From positions 339 through 64,338 of the forward strand of contig VYCM01000143.1 in NCBI GenBank assembly GCA_009843915.1: a DNA stretch of 64,000 nucleotides, read 5' to 3'. Every line of letters begins with the position of its first letter. Within the stretch, counting starts at the first letter, position 1. The position numbers and the translations under genes were made by a program. The notes under the pieces were generated by a model. The model saw only the letters and a program-made list of their open reading frames with translations, had not been told where the DNA came from and ran no database searches. The DNA is from Acidimicrobiaceae bacterium (lineage in GTDB: Bacteria; Actinomycetota; Acidimicrobiia; Acidimicrobiales; Aldehydirespiratoraceae). Shown piece by piece: positions 41,065 through 50,046 of this stretch.

Positions 41065-41772
41065 TTACGTACCGTTGCCGAGGAACGCCTCGAAGAGGTC
41101 CTCGCGGGCCGCCAGCTCGCCGGCCGGGCCGCTGGCGACGATGTCGCCGCTGCGCATGATGTAGGCGGTTCTGGCCATCTCCAGGAGGCGGTGGGCGTCC
41201 TGCTCGACGACAAGCAGGGTGGTCCCCGCGGCGGCCAGTTCGCCGAGCAGTTCGAACACCTGGCTGCGCATTAGGGGCGCCAAGCCGAGGGCGGGTTCGT
41301 CCATCAGCAGTACGCTCGGGCGGCTCATCAGCGCTCGGGCGATGGCCAGCTGCTGGGCCTCACCGCCTGACAGCAGGCCTGCGGGCACAGACCGCTGCCG
41401 GCCGAGCACCTCGAAGCGCTCCATCAACTCCGCAGCGAGCCGGCGGCGGGCGCGCCGGCCGGTGAGGATCCCCGCCACGAGCAGGTTCTCCTCGGTGGTC
41501 AGCCCGGTCAGGATCCGGCGGTGCTCGGGGACCAGCGCGATGCCGGCCCGCAGCATCCGCTGTGGGGACCATCCGGTGACGTCGGTCCGGTGCCAGCGGA
41601 TGGTGCCGCCGCTGGGGGCGTGCAGCCCGATGATGGCGTTGAGGAGGCTGCTCTTGCCGGCTCCGTTGGGGCCGATGAGGGCGACCGTCTCGCCTTCGGG
41701 CACCGACATCGAGGCGCCGTGAACCGCCCGGACGCTGCCGTAGCCAACCTCCACCCTGTCGAGGGTCAGCAC
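41065..41772 (-). CDS. ABC transporter ATP-binding protein (LivF-like)
   Basis: GPNGAGKSS, LSGGE.Q, MDEP..GLAP, LVVEQ. Confidence 0.92.
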   Translation of the reverse strand: MLTLDRVEVGYGSVRAVHGASMSVPEGETVALIGPNGAGKSSLLNAIIGLHAPSGGTIRWHRTDVTGWSPQRMLRAGIALVPEHRRILTGLTTEENLLVAGILTGRRARRRLAAELMERFEVLGRQRSVPAGLLSGGEAQQLAIARALMSRPSVLLMDEPALGLAPLMRSQVFELLGELAAAGTTLLVVEQDAHRLLEMARTAYIMRSGDIVASGPAGELAAREDLFEAFLGNGT

Positions 41773-41807
41773 AGCGTCCGGGCGGTCCAGAATTCGGCCC
41801 GATTCCC

Positions 41808-43169
41808 TCAGCCGTAGACCGCGGCGAGGGTCGGCTGACCGTTCACGACCTCGTGCACGTACACGGGCGTGTTGGGCGACCCTCCGCCGTCGTAGGTCAG
41901 CACGCCGGTCAAGCCGTCGACGCCGGTCCCCGCGATGATGGCCTCGCCGACGGTAACGGGGTCGAGCGAGCCGGAGCGGATGACGGCGTCAGAGATCACG
42001 AGGATGGCGTCGGCGGCCAGCGCCGAATACGACTCGCTCTCGATGACGCCGCCCTTGACGGCCTCGTAGCTGGCCAGGAAACGCACCATCCGGCCGTCGG
42101 GATCGGGGAAGGTGTGCGAGGTGTGGAAGAACCCCTCCACGCCGTCGACGAAGTAGCCGCCGGTGGCGGTGAAGGCGTCGGCCACCAGCATCTCAGCACC
42201 GACCTCGGCCTCGCTGAGCTGGGCGCCCAGGATGGCGGCCTGGAAGGCCAGAAGCGCCGAGTACACGACGTCGGGCTGGGGGTCCAGGCCAGCGATCTCG
42301 TTGACCTGGGCCGAGAAGTCGGTGGTCTGGGCGGGCACGAACGGGTAGTCGCCGAGCACCTGCCCGCCGAGCGACTCGTACTCCTCCGTGAAGACCTCCA
42401 CGACGTAGCCGAAATAGGGCCCCGGGACGCTGAAGGTGACCGCCGTCATCCAGCCCTTCTCGATGGCGAACTGCGCGGCCGCCACGGCCTGGGCGGTGTC
42501 GGTGAACGAGGCCAGCAGCGACAACTGCTCGGGGTCGGCCAGCAGCGGCTCGGTGGACGACACCGAGATGGTCGGCACCCGGCCGGCGGTCACCTGGAGG
42601 ATGGCCTGGTTGACGTCGAAGAAGGCGGGGCCGAGGATGGCGGTGACGTTCTCGTCGAGCAGCTCCTGGGCAACCCGGCCGGCGGTCTCGGGGTCCCCCT
42701 CGATGTCGCGGATCACCATCTCGACCGGATGGCCGTCGACGCCACCCCAGCAGTTGAGGAGCTCGACGAAGTACTCGGCCGCCTTGGCCGCCGGGATGTC
42801 CACGAAGCCTCCGAGGTCGGAGAAGTCGGCGGCATAGCCGATCCGCAGCGGCTCCCCCTGCGGCGCCGGGCTGCAGTCCGACAGGTCGGCGGCCAGAATG
42901 GCGTCGACGTCGAGCTCCATGGGCGCGGCGGGCTCAGGCTCGGGCTCGGGTTCTGCAGCCTCAGGCTCGGTCTCAGGCTCCGGAGCCTCAGGCTCGGCCG
43001 GCTCGGGGTCCGGGGCCGGCTCAGGCGCCTCGGTCGGTGCCGGGGCCGCGGTGGTGGCCGGCGCCTCGGCGTCGCCCTCGTCGTCGCCGCACGCGGCGGC
43101 CACAAGCGCCAGTGCCAGCACTGCGGCGAGGATCCGGAAGAGTCTCTTCCTGGTGGTGTTGGTTGTCAT
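41808..43169 (-). CDS. ABC substrate-binding lipoprotein (LivK/J-like) with Pro/Glu/Ala-rich tether
   Basis: Lipobox LVAAAC, EPEPE-rich linker, GGVDG..V, DFSAQV periplasmic-binding motifs. Confidence 0.88.
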   Translation of the reverse strand: MTTNTTRKRLFRILAAVLALALVAAACGDDEGDAEAPATTAAPAPTEAPEPAPDPEPAEPEAPEPETEPEAAEPEPEPEPAAPMELDVDAILAADLSDCSPAPQGEPLRIGYAADFSDLGGFVDIPAAKAAEYFVELLNCWGGVDGHPVEMVIRDIEGDPETAGRVAQELLDENVTAILGPAFFDVNQAILQVTAGRVPTISVSSTEPLLADPEQLSLLASFTDTAQAVAAAQFAIEKGWMTAVTFSVPGPYFGYVVEVFTEEYESLGGQVLGDYPFVPAQTTDFSAQVNEIAGLDPQPDVVYSALLAFQAAILGAQLSEAEVGAEMLVADAFTATGGYFVDGVEGFFHTSHTFPDPDGRMVRFLASYEAVKGGVIESESYSALAADAILVISDAVIRSGSLDPVTVGEAIIAGTGVDGLTGVLTYDGGGSPNTPVYVHEVVNGQPTLAAVYG

Positions 43170-43206
43170 GGATTCCCCCCTTGTGGGTCTCACAAGCTGT
43201 TGTCGA

Positions 43207-44040
43207 CTAGGTCGTTGTCAAGAACTCGCTGACGAGCCGGTTGAACCGGTCCGGGTTCTCGATGAACATGAAGTGGTTGCCGCCCTCGCCGGCCGGGATG
43301 GACTCGAACCGCGCGCCGGGGGTCTGCTCGGCGGCCCAGCGGGTGGCCGAGATCGGTATGAACGACCCCTCACCGGCGATGTAGAGGGAAGGCCGGTTGA
43401 TCCGGGGCGGCACGTCGCGCCAGTCGGCCAGAATGTCGGTGAAGAACTCCCTGGCCGACAGCGGCCCCGGCATGCGTGCGTTCTCGGCCAGCAGCCAGGC
43501 CTTGTCCTCGGTGGAGATGTTCTCGGTGACCATCCCGTCAAGCAGGCCGGGCACGACCTGGGCCGCCGCGCCCGCGGTCAAGCCGTTGAAGACCCCGAAG
43601 AACGCGTCGGGGCTGAGGATCGCCCCGTAGTCGGCAACCTGCCGCTCCGTGAAGGCGGGGTTGGCGATGGGGTGGGTCATCATGTCGACGAACACGGCCC
43701 TGTCGATGCCTTCGCCCGCGAACAGATCGAAGTACGACCACAGCACGCAGCACCCCATCGAGTGGCCGAGCACGTGGGCGGGCTGTTGGGCCACCTTGTC
43801 GATGACAGTCCGGAGGTCCATTGCGTAGCGGGCGATGCGGTAGCCGTGCTCGGGACGCTCCGAGTCGCCGTGGCCCCGCAGGTCGAACGTGATGACCCTG
43901 AAGCGGTCGCTCAGGCCCGCCACCTGCCGCTCGAACAGCGCTGCGGTCTGGTTCCATCCGTGGACCAGAATCAGTGGGTGGCCGGTGCCGGCCACGTCAT
44001 AGCTCAGCTCGACGCCGTCATTCGTGGTCAGTGTTGCCAT
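43207..44040 (-). CDS. Alpha/beta hydrolase
   Basis: LVHGW, DLRGHGDS, GHSMG, GNHFMFIENP. Confidence 0.87.
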   Translation of the reverse strand: MATLTTNDGVELSYDVAGTGHPLILVHGWNQTAALFERQVAGLSDRFRVITFDLRGHGDSERPEHGYRIARYAMDLRTVIDKVAQQPAHVLGHSMGCCVLWSYFDLFAGEGIDRAVFVDMMTHPIANPAFTERQVADYGAILSPDAFFGVFNGLTAGAAAQVVPGLLDGMVTENISTEDKAWLLAENARMPGPLSAREFFTDILADWRDVPPRINRPSLYIAGEGSFIPISATRWAAEQTPGARFESIPAGEGGNHFMFIENPDRFNRLVSEFLTTT

Positions 44041-44129
44041 GGCTCGACTCCTCGAGGTCATTGGATGCCCCAAGCCGCGCGGCGCGGGATCTGGAACAAT
44101 CCATGGCAATCGCTCGAGGCCGGCGCGGC

Positions 44130-44207
44130 TATCCGCCGAGCGCCCGGTCCTGTCCGTCAAACGTCCGCTGCTGTCCAGATCGGGGGTTTCTTTGTCCGTT
44201 TTGCGCA
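44130..44207 (-). promoter_or_regulatory. Putative AraC/XylS-type operator: 21-bp phased direct repeats
   Basis: T(G/A)TCC at 44130, 44151, 44172 and 44193; the last reads TGCG-N6-GGACA on the minus strand. Confidence 0.5.
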
Positions 44208-44252
44208 GCCGACCCTGGACAGGACGGCTGCGAGGGCCGTACTGTCGGTTGC

Positions 44253-45197
44253 ATGCGGGACGCGGCGACGTTCCAGCGGTACACGAACATCGACCACCAG
44301 GCCGAGCAGCTAACCGGCTTCGACCAGGCCTACCAGCAGTTGGACGGCGGCTCCTACGACGGCGCGTTCCTGGCCTGCGACAGCGACGAGGTGGGATTCT
44401 TCGTCGAGCGCACCAACCGGCGGCTCGGCCAGCAGGGCGCTGGGCCGGCCGGTGTCATCAGCGCGGTGGTGCTGCTCAGCGACTTCGGCCACACGCTCTC
44501 GAACGGCTCACCGTTCACGATGGACGATGTGCTCCTGGTGGGTCCCGGCGGCGCCTACGAGGCCGTGGTCGACGCGGGGGTGGAGCCGGCCGTGTTCAGC
44601 GTGTCGCTGGAGTCCACCACCGCGCTGCCGCTGCGGCGCCTGTCGAGCCAGCAGGCAGGGCGGATCCGCCGGATCGCCGATCCTGAGCTCAGCCGGAAGT
44701 TCCGGGCGGTGGCGGCCAACATCCTGCGGTCCTGGGATCCGTCCTCCCAGAGCATCTCGGTGCCCCGGGCGGTCGTGCACGGGCTGATGCTCGAGCTGCT
44801 CACCGCGCCGAGCGCGGCGCAGGGATCGTCACACAGCTCGATCCAGCTCTACCGGGCGGCCCGCGACGTGATGATCGATGGGCTCGCCGAGCCGCTGACG
44901 ATTCCCGAGGTCGCCTCGCGGGTGGGGACGTCGCGCCGCACGCTCGAGCAGGCCTTCGACAAGTGCGCATCGGTGAGCCCGGCCCGGTTCCACAAGCTGC
45001 TCAGGCTCAACAACGCCCGCCGGCTGCTCGAGAGCGGCCGGCACTCGGTGAGCCGGGCGGCCACCAGCAGCGGCCTGCATCATCTCGGCCGCTTCTCGAG
45101 CGAGTACCACGATCTCTTCGGCGAGTTGCCTTCGGAGACGGCCAGGCGGTCCAGAGTCCTGATCGTGGATCCCGACCGCCGCCATCTGAGCGGCTGA
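44253..45197 (+). CDS. AraC family transcriptional regulator
   Basis: C-terminal IPEVASRVGTSRRTLEQAF..SP..RL..ARRLL, HLGRFS.EY..LFGELPSET. Confidence 0.9.
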   Translation: MRDAATFQRYTNIDHQAEQLTGFDQAYQQLDGGSYDGAFLACDSDEVGFFVERTNRRLGQQGAGPAGVISAVVLLSDFGHTLSNGSPFTMDDVLLVGPGGAYEAVVDAGVEPAVFSVSLESTTALPLRRLSSQQAGRIRRIADPELSRKFRAVAANILRSWDPSSQSISVPRAVVHGLMLELLTAPSAAQGSSHSSIQLYRAARDVMIDGLAEPLTIPEVASRVGTSRRTLEQAFDKCASVSPARFHKLLRLNNARRLLESGRHSVSRAATSSGLHHLGRFSSEYHDLFGELPSETARRSRVLIVDPDRRHLSG

Positions 45198-45247
45198 TCC
45201 TACCCGGGCCCGGGGCCTCTCGGCGTGCCTCGTTGCGCGTTCGACCC

Positions 45248-45877
45248 TCAGGCCGCGTCTGCTCGGGGGGCGGGCTCGGGGACGGTCCAGTCCTTCGGCA
45301 TAGCGGAGAAGTCGAAGAACGGCTCGTGGTCGTCCTCCGCCACCGCGTCGGCGATCTGGGCGTAGAACCCCTTCCCGGTCTCGGCCGCGAAAGTGATGGC
45401 CACCTCGTCGCCGGCTCCGGCCTCGGGGCGCTGCACGTACTCCGGGAACGGCACCTCGTCCGCCCCGCCCTCGGCGTAGCCCCGGGCGAAGAGCTGCTCG
45501 AGCACGCCGAACCCATCGTGACGCACCAGCTTCGGGCCGCGCACCGATCCTCCCATCTGCTGGACGTGCGCAGTGAAGGTGTCGAGGTCATGGGTCTCAT
45601 AAGCGACGTGCTGGCATGAGTGGTCGCCGTGGCGCTCGGTGAAACTGGTCACCTGCGAGCGCTCGGCCCGATCGATGCCTTCGATCAGAGCCACCCCGAA
45701 GCCTCCGAAGTCGATGCACCAGAGCTTCATGCTCGAGGCGGGATCGTCGGGGCGCACATCGTCGATCCGGTTGATGAGCGTGCCGCCCTCGACCTCGATG
45801 TGGAACCACGCCCACCGCTCGATCGAGCCTTTCTCGCAGGCGTAGGTGATGTGATCGACCTTCTTGAGATGTGCCAT
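45248..45877 (-). CDS. VOC-fold protein resembling the catalytic C-terminal domain of 4-hydroxyphenylpyruvate dioxygenase
   Basis: DHIT, SQV..F...HG...QHVAY, LEQLF, PEYVQR; only 209 aa. Confidence 0.72.
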   Translation of the reverse strand: MAHLKKVDHITYACEKGSIERWAWFHIEVEGGTLINRIDDVRPDDPASSMKLWCIDFGGFGVALIEGIDRAERSQVTSFTERHGDHSCQHVAYETHDLDTFTAHVQQMGGSVRGPKLVRHDGFGVLEQLFARGYAEGGADEVPFPEYVQRPEAGAGDEVAITFAAETGKGFYAQIADAVAEDDHEPFFDFSAMPKDWTVPEPAPRADAA

Positions 45878-45931
45878 GGCCCGGCCTCCCTGTACTGCGG
45901 CTGATAAATGAGTCGGCCTGTATAGGAGCAA

Positions 45932-45964
45932 ACTGTTCACTAGATATCAAGAACTATGAACAGT
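45932..45964. promoter_or_regulatory. Inverted repeat in AT-rich divergent promoter (probable regulator site)
   Basis: ACTGTTCA-N17-TGAACAGT. Confidence 0.5.
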
Positions 45965-46019
45965 ATTTCTAGAATTCATCAGACAGCTGACTATTATGAC
46001 GGTAGGAGAGGCTCTAGAC

Positions 46020-46511
46020 ATGCCCGAGAGACGCGATTTGCACATGCCGCTGGACGACATTGATCGCAGGCTGATCGGCGTGCTGCGCCGCCGGCCCCGC
46101 AGCAGCGTGTCGGAGATGGCCCGGCTGACGGGCCTTGCCCGGGGGACGGTGCACGACCGCATCAGGCGCCTGGAGGCCCGGCGGGTGATCGTCGGCTACG
46201 GGCCCGACATCGAACCGCGCTCGGCCGGGTTCGGCGTCTGCGCCTTCAGTACGCTCACCATCGCCCAGGGAGCGCACGAGAGCACGGTCCGGGCTCTGTC
46301 CGAGATCGACGAGATCCTCGAGATCCACACCGTGACCGGGCGGGGCGACCTGCTCGTGAAGATCGTGGCGACCACCAACGACGATCTCCACGGGACCCTC
46401 CAGCGGATCGCCGCCATCGACGCGGTCCGACGGACCGAGACACTGCTCGCCCTGCACACCGGCCTGCTGCGCAACGTCGCCGACCTCGTCGCTGCGGGCA
46501 CTTCATCATGA
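46020..46511 (+). CDS. Lrp/AsnC family transcriptional regulator
   Basis: LDDIDRRLI..L....R.SVSEMAR..GLARGTVHDRIRRLE, H.VTG..D; start could be 46044. Confidence 0.92.
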   Translation: MPERRDLHMPLDDIDRRLIGVLRRRPRSSVSEMARLTGLARGTVHDRIRRLEARRVIVGYGPDIEPRSAGFGVCAFSTLTIAQGAHESTVRALSEIDEILEIHTVTGRGDLLVKIVATTNDDLHGTLQRIAAIDAVRRTETLLALHTGLLRNVADLVAAGTSS

Positions 46512-46530
46512 CCGGCAGCGGGTTCTGCGG

Positions 46531-46604
46531 TGGAGGTGAGGGGATTCGAACCCCTGGCCTCCTCGATGCGACCGAGGCGCTCTAGCCAACTGAGCTACAC
46601 CCCC
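46531..46604 (-). tRNA. tRNA-Ala(CGC)
   Basis: GGGGGTG/CACCTCC stem with G3:U70, CCTCG-GTCGCAT-CGAGG anticodon arm, GGTTCGAATCC. Confidence 0.96.
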
Positions 46605-46685
46605 GCGGCCGGCGAGTTTACCGGCGCGGCTCTGGGTTCGACGCGTCCTCCGAGACCATCACACCCGGCCTCACCTGCGGACGTG

Positions 46686-47168
46686 TCAGCCGTTGGCGAC
46701 CTGCCCCAGAGGCGTGGCCACGGCGTCGCCCGAGGCGGGCCGGTCGGGATAGAGCACCCGCACATCGGCCAGGTTGATGGCCGGCGGCTGCTGGCGGTGG
46801 ATCGAGCCGAGGGCGAACAGCAGCAGTACCACGTCGACCATCACGTGGACGGCCAAGGCAGTCGGCCCAAGAACGGGGACGGCCAGTAGGGACGCGAGAG
46901 CCAGGGCGGCGAGCATCGTGGCCACATGCTGGCGTCGGCGATGGGCCTGCTCTGGGGTCCGGGGCAACTCCCACAGATCCCCCCGTGATCTTGAATCCTC
47001 CTCAAGGCTCCTGATGGAGACCGTCCCGGAGGCCAGAGCATCGAAGGACGGGGTGAAGCCGTCCAGGTCGTCGCGGCGAGCCGGCCGGGACGCCCGCTTG
47101 TCCCGGAACCACAGCGCGAAATAGCCCAGCCAAGCCGTCGCCAATACCGTCAGTACGATCAGAGTCAC
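46686..47168 (-). CDS. Membrane protein, positional equivalent of divisome protein SepX/GlpR
   Basis: N-terminal TM, RRRQ followed by a TM hairpin, ends VANG; lies between moaC and tRNA-Ala(CGC); GAGGAGG RBS. Confidence 0.55.
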   Translation of the reverse strand: MTLIVLTVLATAWLGYFALWFRDKRASRPARRDDLDGFTPSFDALASGTVSIRSLEEDSRSRGDLWELPRTPEQAHRRRQHVATMLAALALASLLAVPVLGPTALAVHVMVDVVLLLFALGSIHRQQPPAINLADVRVLYPDRPASGDAVATPLGQVANG

Positions 47169-47330
47169 GGGTCGAATTTCCTCCTCGTTTGCACGAATCG
47201 AATCGCCGAAAGTGCTGCGAGTGCGCCTAGGGCGCCCCGCCCGCCGCTTCGATGACCCGTACATGCAGACGACGGCCCAACAAGGATGGCACCGATGACA
47301 AGCCAAGTGGTGGATGTCTAACGGAAGGGT

Positions 47331-47804
47331 TCAGGAGTCCTCGCGCCGGTAGGTCCCGGACCGGCCGCCGGACTTCTCCCACAGGGCGATGTCGCCGATC
47401 GTCATAGACCGGTCCATCGACTTGCACATGTCGTAGATGGTCAGTGCGGCCACGCTGCACGCGGTCAGCGCCTCCATCTCCACGCCGGTCCGGTCGACCG
47501 TCTCCACCCGCGCCTCGATCCCCACCGAGTCGTCGCCCACCTCGAAGTCAACCGCGACGGAGCTCACCGACAGGCCGTGGCACAAGGGGACGAGTTCGGA
47601 GGTCCGCTTGGCGGCTTGGATCCCGGCCACCCGGGCCACGGCCAGCACATCGCCCTTGCCGATCTCGCCGGCCCGCAGCGCCGCGGCCACGTCGGGCTCC
47701 ATGCGCACCCTGCCGCGGGCCACGGCCCGGCGGTGGGTCGGCTCCTTCGACGACACGTCCACCATTCGAGCCCGGCCCTGCGGATCGAGATGGGTGAAGC
47801 CCAT
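47331..47804 (-). CDS. moaC: Cyclic pyranopterin monophosphate synthase MoaC
   Basis: THLD..G.ARMVDVS.K, LVPLCH, TGVEMEAL, YDMCK, KSGG.SG. Confidence 0.97.
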   Translation of the reverse strand: MGFTHLDPQGRARMVDVSSKEPTHRRAVARGRVRMEPDVAAALRAGEIGKGDVLAVARVAGIQAAKRTSELVPLCHGLSVSSVAVDFEVGDDSVGIEARVETVDRTGVEMEALTACSVAALTIYDMCKSMDRSMTIGDIALWEKSGGRSGTYRREDS

Positions 47805-47813
47805 CGACTGCCT

Positions 47814-48797
47814 CTAGCCGCCGATCTGCGACATCGATCGGCGGGGCTTGATGAAGTTGACCCGGTTGATCTGGTGGCCCGCCCATTTCGACGCCACCGA
47901 CCCCTCCAGGGCGACCCCGATCTCGTCGTCGCTCGCTCCCGACCGCAGCAGCGCCCGCACATCGGTCTCGGTCACCGCGAACAGGCAGTTGCGGAACTGC
48001 CCGTCGGCGGTGAGGCGCACCCGGTCGCACGTCGAGCAGAACGAGTCGCTGACCGACGCCACGATCCCCACCGACCCCGATCCGTCGGCGAAGCGGTAGC
48101 GGGTGGCCGGGGCCGACGTCCGCTCGACCGGCTCCACCGGACAGGCGTCGGTGACCCGAGCCAGGATCTCATCCACCCCGACCACCAGGTCGTTGGTCCA
48201 GATCCCGTCGGCGTCGAGGGGCATGAACTCGATGAAGCGGACCTCGACGCCCTTGCGCCGCCCGAAGTCGACGAAGTCGGCGATCTCGTCGTCGTTGAGT
48301 CCCCGCATGACCACGCAGTTCACCTTCACCGGATCGAACCCGGCGGCGATGGCTGCGTCGATGCCGTCGAGCACCCGATCAAGGCTGTCGCGCCGGGTCA
48401 GCTCAGCGAAGCGGGAAGCCTGAAGCGAGTCCAACGACACGTTCACCCGGCGCAGGCCGGCGGCCCGCAGATCCCCGGCCAGCAGAGGCAGCGACACCCC
48501 GTTGGTGGTCATGGCCAGATCAGTGTCCAGCTCAGCCAGCATCTTGACCAGCACCGGCAGATTGGCCCTCACGGTGGGCTCGCCGCCGGTGAGCCGGATG
48601 CCGTTGACGCCGTAGCGCTCGACCATGATCCGAGCCAACCGGGCGATCTCCTCGAAGGTCAGCAGGTCGTCGCGGGGCACCCACTCCAGTCCCTCGGCGG
48701 GCATGCAGTAGGTGCACCGGAAGTTGCAACGGTCGGTGACCGAGATCCGCAGGTCCCGGTGAACCCGCCCGAAGCTGTCGACGAGTTGGGCCGCCAT
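47814..48797 (-). CDS. moaA: GTP 3',8-cyclase MoaA
   Basis: TDRCNFRCTYCM, LTGGEP, FCSTCDRVR..CLF, MSQIGG. Confidence 0.97.
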   Translation of the reverse strand: MAAQLVDSFGRVHRDLRISVTDRCNFRCTYCMPAEGLEWVPRDDLLTFEEIARLARIMVERYGVNGIRLTGGEPTVRANLPVLVKMLAELDTDLAMTTNGVSLPLLAGDLRAAGLRRVNVSLDSLQASRFAELTRRDSLDRVLDGIDAAIAAGFDPVKVNCVVMRGLNDDEIADFVDFGRRKGVEVRFIEFMPLDADGIWTNDLVVGVDEILARVTDACPVEPVERTSAPATRYRFADGSGSVGIVASVSDSFCSTCDRVRLTADGQFRNCLFAVTETDVRALLRSGASDDEIGVALEGSVASKWAGHQINRVNFIKPRRSMSQIGG

Positions 48798-48837
48798 CAG
48801 CCCGCAGGCTACCCGCCCGCGCCGAGGCCGATCACAC

Positions 48838-50046
48838 TCAGAGCAGGATCACGTCCACCGGGTCGCCCTCGCCGGCCGGCGAGCCGTCGGGCACCACGGC
48901 CAGGGCGTCGGCCCGGGTCATGGCCGCCAACTGATGGGAACCCTGCCCGCCCGAGCGCCTCACCCGCAGCACGCCCTGATCATCACGCCGGGCGGCAACC
49001 CTCACATAGTGGGTCTTGCCGTCGCTGCGATGGCCGAGGTCGCCGTCGCTGACCGCCCGCACCAGCGCCGGCCCGAGATCGTCGGGGCCGTGGCCCGCCA
49101 TGACCCGCAGCCCGGGCTTGGCCATTAGCTCGAAGCTCACCATCGACGACACCGGATTGCCGGGCAGGCCGAACACCGGGACGCCGTCGACGATCCCGAA
49201 GGCGAACGGTTTGGCCGGCTTGATGGCGATCTGCATCCACCTCATGTCGCCGATGCGGTCGAGCACCACCTTCACGTAGTCGAAGTCGCCCATGGACACG
49301 CCCCCCGACGACAGCACCGCGTCGCAGCGGGCGGTGCCGTCGCGGAACAGCCGCTCGATGTCTGCAGGGTCGTCGCGGGCGATGCCCAGGTCCACCCCCT
49401 CGAAGCCGGCCTCGGCCACCAGGCCCAGCAGCGTGCGGCGGTTGGTGTCTCGGATCTGGCCCCGGCGCAGCGGCCCGGCCACATCCGCGAGCTCGTTGCC
49501 GGTTGAGAGCACCCCCACCCGGGGGCGGGGGTGGGCCGAGACCTCGTAGGCACCCACCGCGGCCAGCAGGCCCACCCGGCCCGGGGTCACCACCGTGCCC
49601 GGCTCCAGGACCTGCTCGCCCTCGGCCACGTCCTCACCGGGATGGCGGATGTGGTTGCCCGGCTTCACCCTGGCCTCCACCAGAACCCGGTCCTCGGAGC
49701 GGTCTAGGCGGCGAGTCAGCTCGACCTTGACCACAGCGTCGGCGCCGTCGGGAATGGGCGCGCCGGTCATGATGCGGGCCGCCTGACCCGCGCCGACACG
49801 GAGGGACCCGTCATCGCCGGCGCCGATGGTTCCGACCACGTCCAGCTCGACGGGCGCGCCCCGGGTGTCGTCGGCCCGCAGGGCGTACCCGTCCATGGCG
49901 GTGTTGGCGAAGCCGGGGATCGGCTCGGAGGAGAACACGGGCTCGGCCAGCACCAGGCCCAGCGCCTCGGCAAGATCGAACCGGCGGGCGGGCAGGGCCT
50001 CTACCCGCTCCAGCACATGGGCCCGGGCCTCGTGCAACGGGATCAA
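48838..50046 (-). CDS. moeA: Molybdopterin molybdotransferase MoeA (gephyrin-like Glp)
   Basis: AMDGYA, IMTGAP.P.GADAV, STGNEL, SGGVSMGD.D, KP.KP, LPGNP; TTG start overlaps plsY stop. Confidence 0.95.
   Translation of the reverse strand: MIPLHEARAHVLERVEALPARRFDLAEALGLVLAEPVFSSEPIPGFANTAMDGYALRADDTRGAPVELDVVGTIGAGDDGSLRVGAGQAARIMTGAPIPDGADAVVKVELTRRLDRSEDRVLVEARVKPGNHIRHPGEDVAEGEQVLEPGTVVTPGRVGLLAAVGAYEVSAHPRPRVGVLSTGNELADVAGPLRRGQIRDTNRRTLLGLVAEAGFEGVDLGIARDDPADIERLFRDGTARCDAVLSSGGVSMGDFDYVKVVLDRIGDMRWMQIAIKPAKPFAFGIVDGVPVFGLPGNPVSSMVSFELMAKPGLRVMAGHGPDDLGPALVRAVSDGDLGHRSDGKTHYVRVAARRDDQGVLRVRRSGGQGSHQLAAMTRADALAVVPDGSPAGEGDPVDVILL

Noticed and set aside
42930-43075. Repetitive GGCTC-rich tract
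   Set aside because: Encodes the Pro/Glu/Ala tether of the ABC lipoprotein; ordinary.
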